This document shows positions 61,136 to 64,000 of a stretch of 64,000 bases of DNA, piece by piece (the first letter of the stretch is position 1; every line of letters begins with the position of its first letter). The stretch comes from Macrostomum lignano. Lineage: Eukaryota. The notes under the pieces were generated by a model. It did not search any database. It was not told the DNA's origin and saw only the letters and a list, made by a program, of their open reading frames with translations. The stretch lies in NCBI GenBank assembly GCA_002269645.1, contig NIVC01001813.1, positions 62,001 to 126,000 of the forward strand, in the 5' to 3' direction. The position numbers were made by a program, and so were the translations under genes.

Positions 61136-64000
61136 ACCTTGCCACACCAAGGTCATCAGAGAGAAATGCCCGCACTTGGTTGCTCCTCTGCTAACGAATA
61201 GTTTCTATCAACAAAAAAAACTATGAATTAGTTTGCTGATTGAAAAAAAAACATTTCTGGGAATAGATTATTATATTTATTCTTAAATATTCACACACTT
61301 GTAATCGTTGCGACATTCTATTGACACTGTGTCTGCTTGCTCTTATTCATCCAGCTATAACGTACTCTCTGTACTTTATACTGCAGTGCCGCAGCGAATC
61401 GAAACGGTAAAAAAAGAATAGGATCCTCTGTCTTCCTTCAGCTCTGCGCTGCACTGGGTTTTTATAGTTTTATTAGTAATCTGATTCCGCATCTGATCTC
61501 TATTTTTTGCTATAATACTTTTCCAAATGACTAGTTTGTTATAATAGTAACAGTTCCGGTGTTAATGATTGTTATAGCTATCTTAAAGACGAGGCACGTC
61601 GATTTCGTTTTTCATCTTGTTCTTCGATTTTGTTGCGTAGGTTTTCTATAGGAATAAATCAATTGTGCTCTTTCTAAAGACTTCACATTCGCTTCTCTGA
61701 ACGTATTAGAAACATTAAAGCTGAGATATTGTTGTTTTTTTCTTTCAGTTTGCTTGGCTTTCTTGCTAACTCGAGTGTTGAGTATTATCTTATTGGTGCC
61801 TGAATTGGTGCCGGTGCCGCGGTGCGTCACTGGCCAAGCCTGGTAGATCTCTCTCTACATTTCCTTTCCTAGGTCATTATCATTGCAAGCTTATCATAGT
61901 TGCAGCGTGACAGCGTTGAAACTTGACTGTGTAGTTGCCTGTGCATTACCTGTGTATTGCTGCTGTGCATTGAACGATTACAGATCCGAGAATTTTCTCA
62001 GTCTGTGTAAATGATATCTGCAGGTTTCTTTTATATGAGCTAGTGTGTGCAGCGTTCCTTGTTTTATGCCTGCACATGAACAATCTAAGCCCAGTAAAAA
62101 GTTCTGTGTACATGTAGTGCAGGGGCCCCGAATACAGAACTGTTTAGAAATATTGAAAATATCTGACACTCCTGACAGCTTTATGTTCTACAAAAGTTGA
62201 TGCAGCATGTACCAAATATCAAAGATGAGTATTTTGCGAGTCGTAGTATAAAAAACGTGAGATGCATATGTACATGTACGAGCTATTTTTGTGACAAACG
62301 AATAAACGAACCGCATCGTGGAACGTACAAATTAAATTCCTATATTTATCAATTTAAATGACCCATCAAATGCAAATGTACATGTAATGTCATACTGTAT
62401 GTTTATTATGACTGTGCAAATAAGAAAAAACTCATTGAACTAAACAGGCGCGAATCCAGAAATTTTTGGGGGGAGGTAGCTACCAAGCACCACAACCCAA
62501 ATATAAGATATTACACTGTACATGTATAATGAGACCTGGCCAGTTGCAGCCAAAAAAGTATGTGTGGCCTAATTTTTTTTGGCCGCGGCTGACGGGGGGC
62601 CATGGCTCCCTTTCTGGATCCGCTCCTGGAACTAAACATGTACATATGTAATTGCATGCTTATAGTGCCTCTCCCCGGTTCCCCCGAGAGCAACGCTGAG
62701 CTGGCGGCCCGGATCGACCCGCGTGTGCATGCACCCCTGGGTCGCACTTTACAGAGGCGACGGCAGCAGGTGTTGACGCCACTGCCTGCGGTCCCCATGC
62801 ACACATGAGGCACTGGGCCCCCGCTCGCCGACCTGCTGCTCAGCCCCGCCTTGTGGGAGAATCCGCCGAGGCCAGGGCGCTGCACCATGCCTCTGGACTG
62901 ACACTCCTCACTGACTTGCAGGCTCTAGTAGCCGCGCCTTACCCCTCAGTCTGCAGCTAGGCTGGACTCAGATGTTTTCCACCAGCGGGTGCTTCGCTCA
63001 CCCCTGCACCAGCGTCTGTTTAATAATAATTTTGAAAAAGAATAAAAATGCTTACAGAGCTCTCGTTTTTTAAAGATGATAATCATTTACGCTAGAAATG
63101 AAGCTAGATATCTCGGAAATTAGTGTAGCCACTTAATAACGGCCATTAAATTGTATGCAGAAAGTTCTGCTAAAAGTTAATCAGTAAAAACTTAAACTCT
63201 CTTATATAAATTAACTTGTTTTAAATAGTAAATAGCGAAATTTTAATTTTCGCTTTTTTGTCCTCGATCGTCGATCGACAACTATAGACATAGTGACGTT
63301 CAAGTGATAATGTCTAAATTGACTTCATCGCCCTTTTAGTCATTAGAAAGTTGAGTTGAGTTTTAATAAAAAAAATATATTAGATACCGAATAGTTCATT
63401 GATCATGAACAAGTCAACTTGAATAGACAAATTCATTTGACATTTCATAACGTAAAAGTAAAGTACGTAACTTAACGTAAGCGACGCGTGTAACAGTAAC
63501 ACGACAGGCAGAAATAGACTGACGCTATTAATATTGCGTTAGGTTAGCTAGATCTAGCACTAATCTAATTATTCATGTGGCTGGAATGGGAAACTGGAAA
63601 CAAGTCACTGGAAATGGGCCTAAAGTCGTAAAGATTTAGGGTCTACTATCTTTCCCTATAATAGGCCTATGACACTGTTGATAACTCAAATGATCAGTTG
63701 ATAAATTTATTCTATTTGGCAATGGCTACAGTTATTCTGTTCTGGCACTACCAATACCAATAAATACAAAATAGCTAAAGCTAATGACAATGTAGGACGT
63801 AGGTTTGAAATTGAATTTCCAATAATTTGAACAGTATACAACATATTGTATTAATAAGTTAAAGATGTACACACAATCCAATTGAAACACTGGATGGATG
63901 GCTTCCATGCCCATACATACAAGCTTTCTATTTTATTTATCAAACAAAATAATACAATTTTATTAGTAGGCCTAACAAAAATAAAGAATTTATTACTAAA

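Noticed and set aside
61600-64000. Short ORFs at the window end
   Set aside because: No recognisable domains, splice-consistent exon chain or element termini.

Overview
Eukaryotic (animal) genomic DNA with GC-rich exons and introns full of minisatellites. The style suggests a free-living flatworm such as Macrostomum lignano, but the species is inferred, not shown. Spliced gene models built by hand: 3' part of an FHL2/Limpet LIM gene (+); a same-strand run of CHTOP, UTP14 and PSMD7 (-); an intronless NHL-repeat ORF (+); a 14-exon, ~1195-aa secreted mosaic protein (signal peptide, 2 WSC, C-type lectin, 2 F-type-lectin-like, CUB) ending in an insulin-like domain (B chain, C peptide, RRKR, A chain CC-x3-C-x8-C); three tandem signal-peptide ferritins, one with an intact ferroxidase centre and two with substituted ligands; and a DyP/YfeX-type peroxidase with a mitochondrial-type presequence. 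Mobile DNA: an RNase-H LINE interrupted by a mariner-type MITE, a CORE-like SINE, a piggyBac relic carrying a solo LTR, Gypsy and RTE fragments, a hAT MITE and a long-TIR mariner relic. Most long ORFs in the supplied track are satellite translations. The best candidate for an undescribed system is the lectin/CUB-tethered insulin-like peptide.
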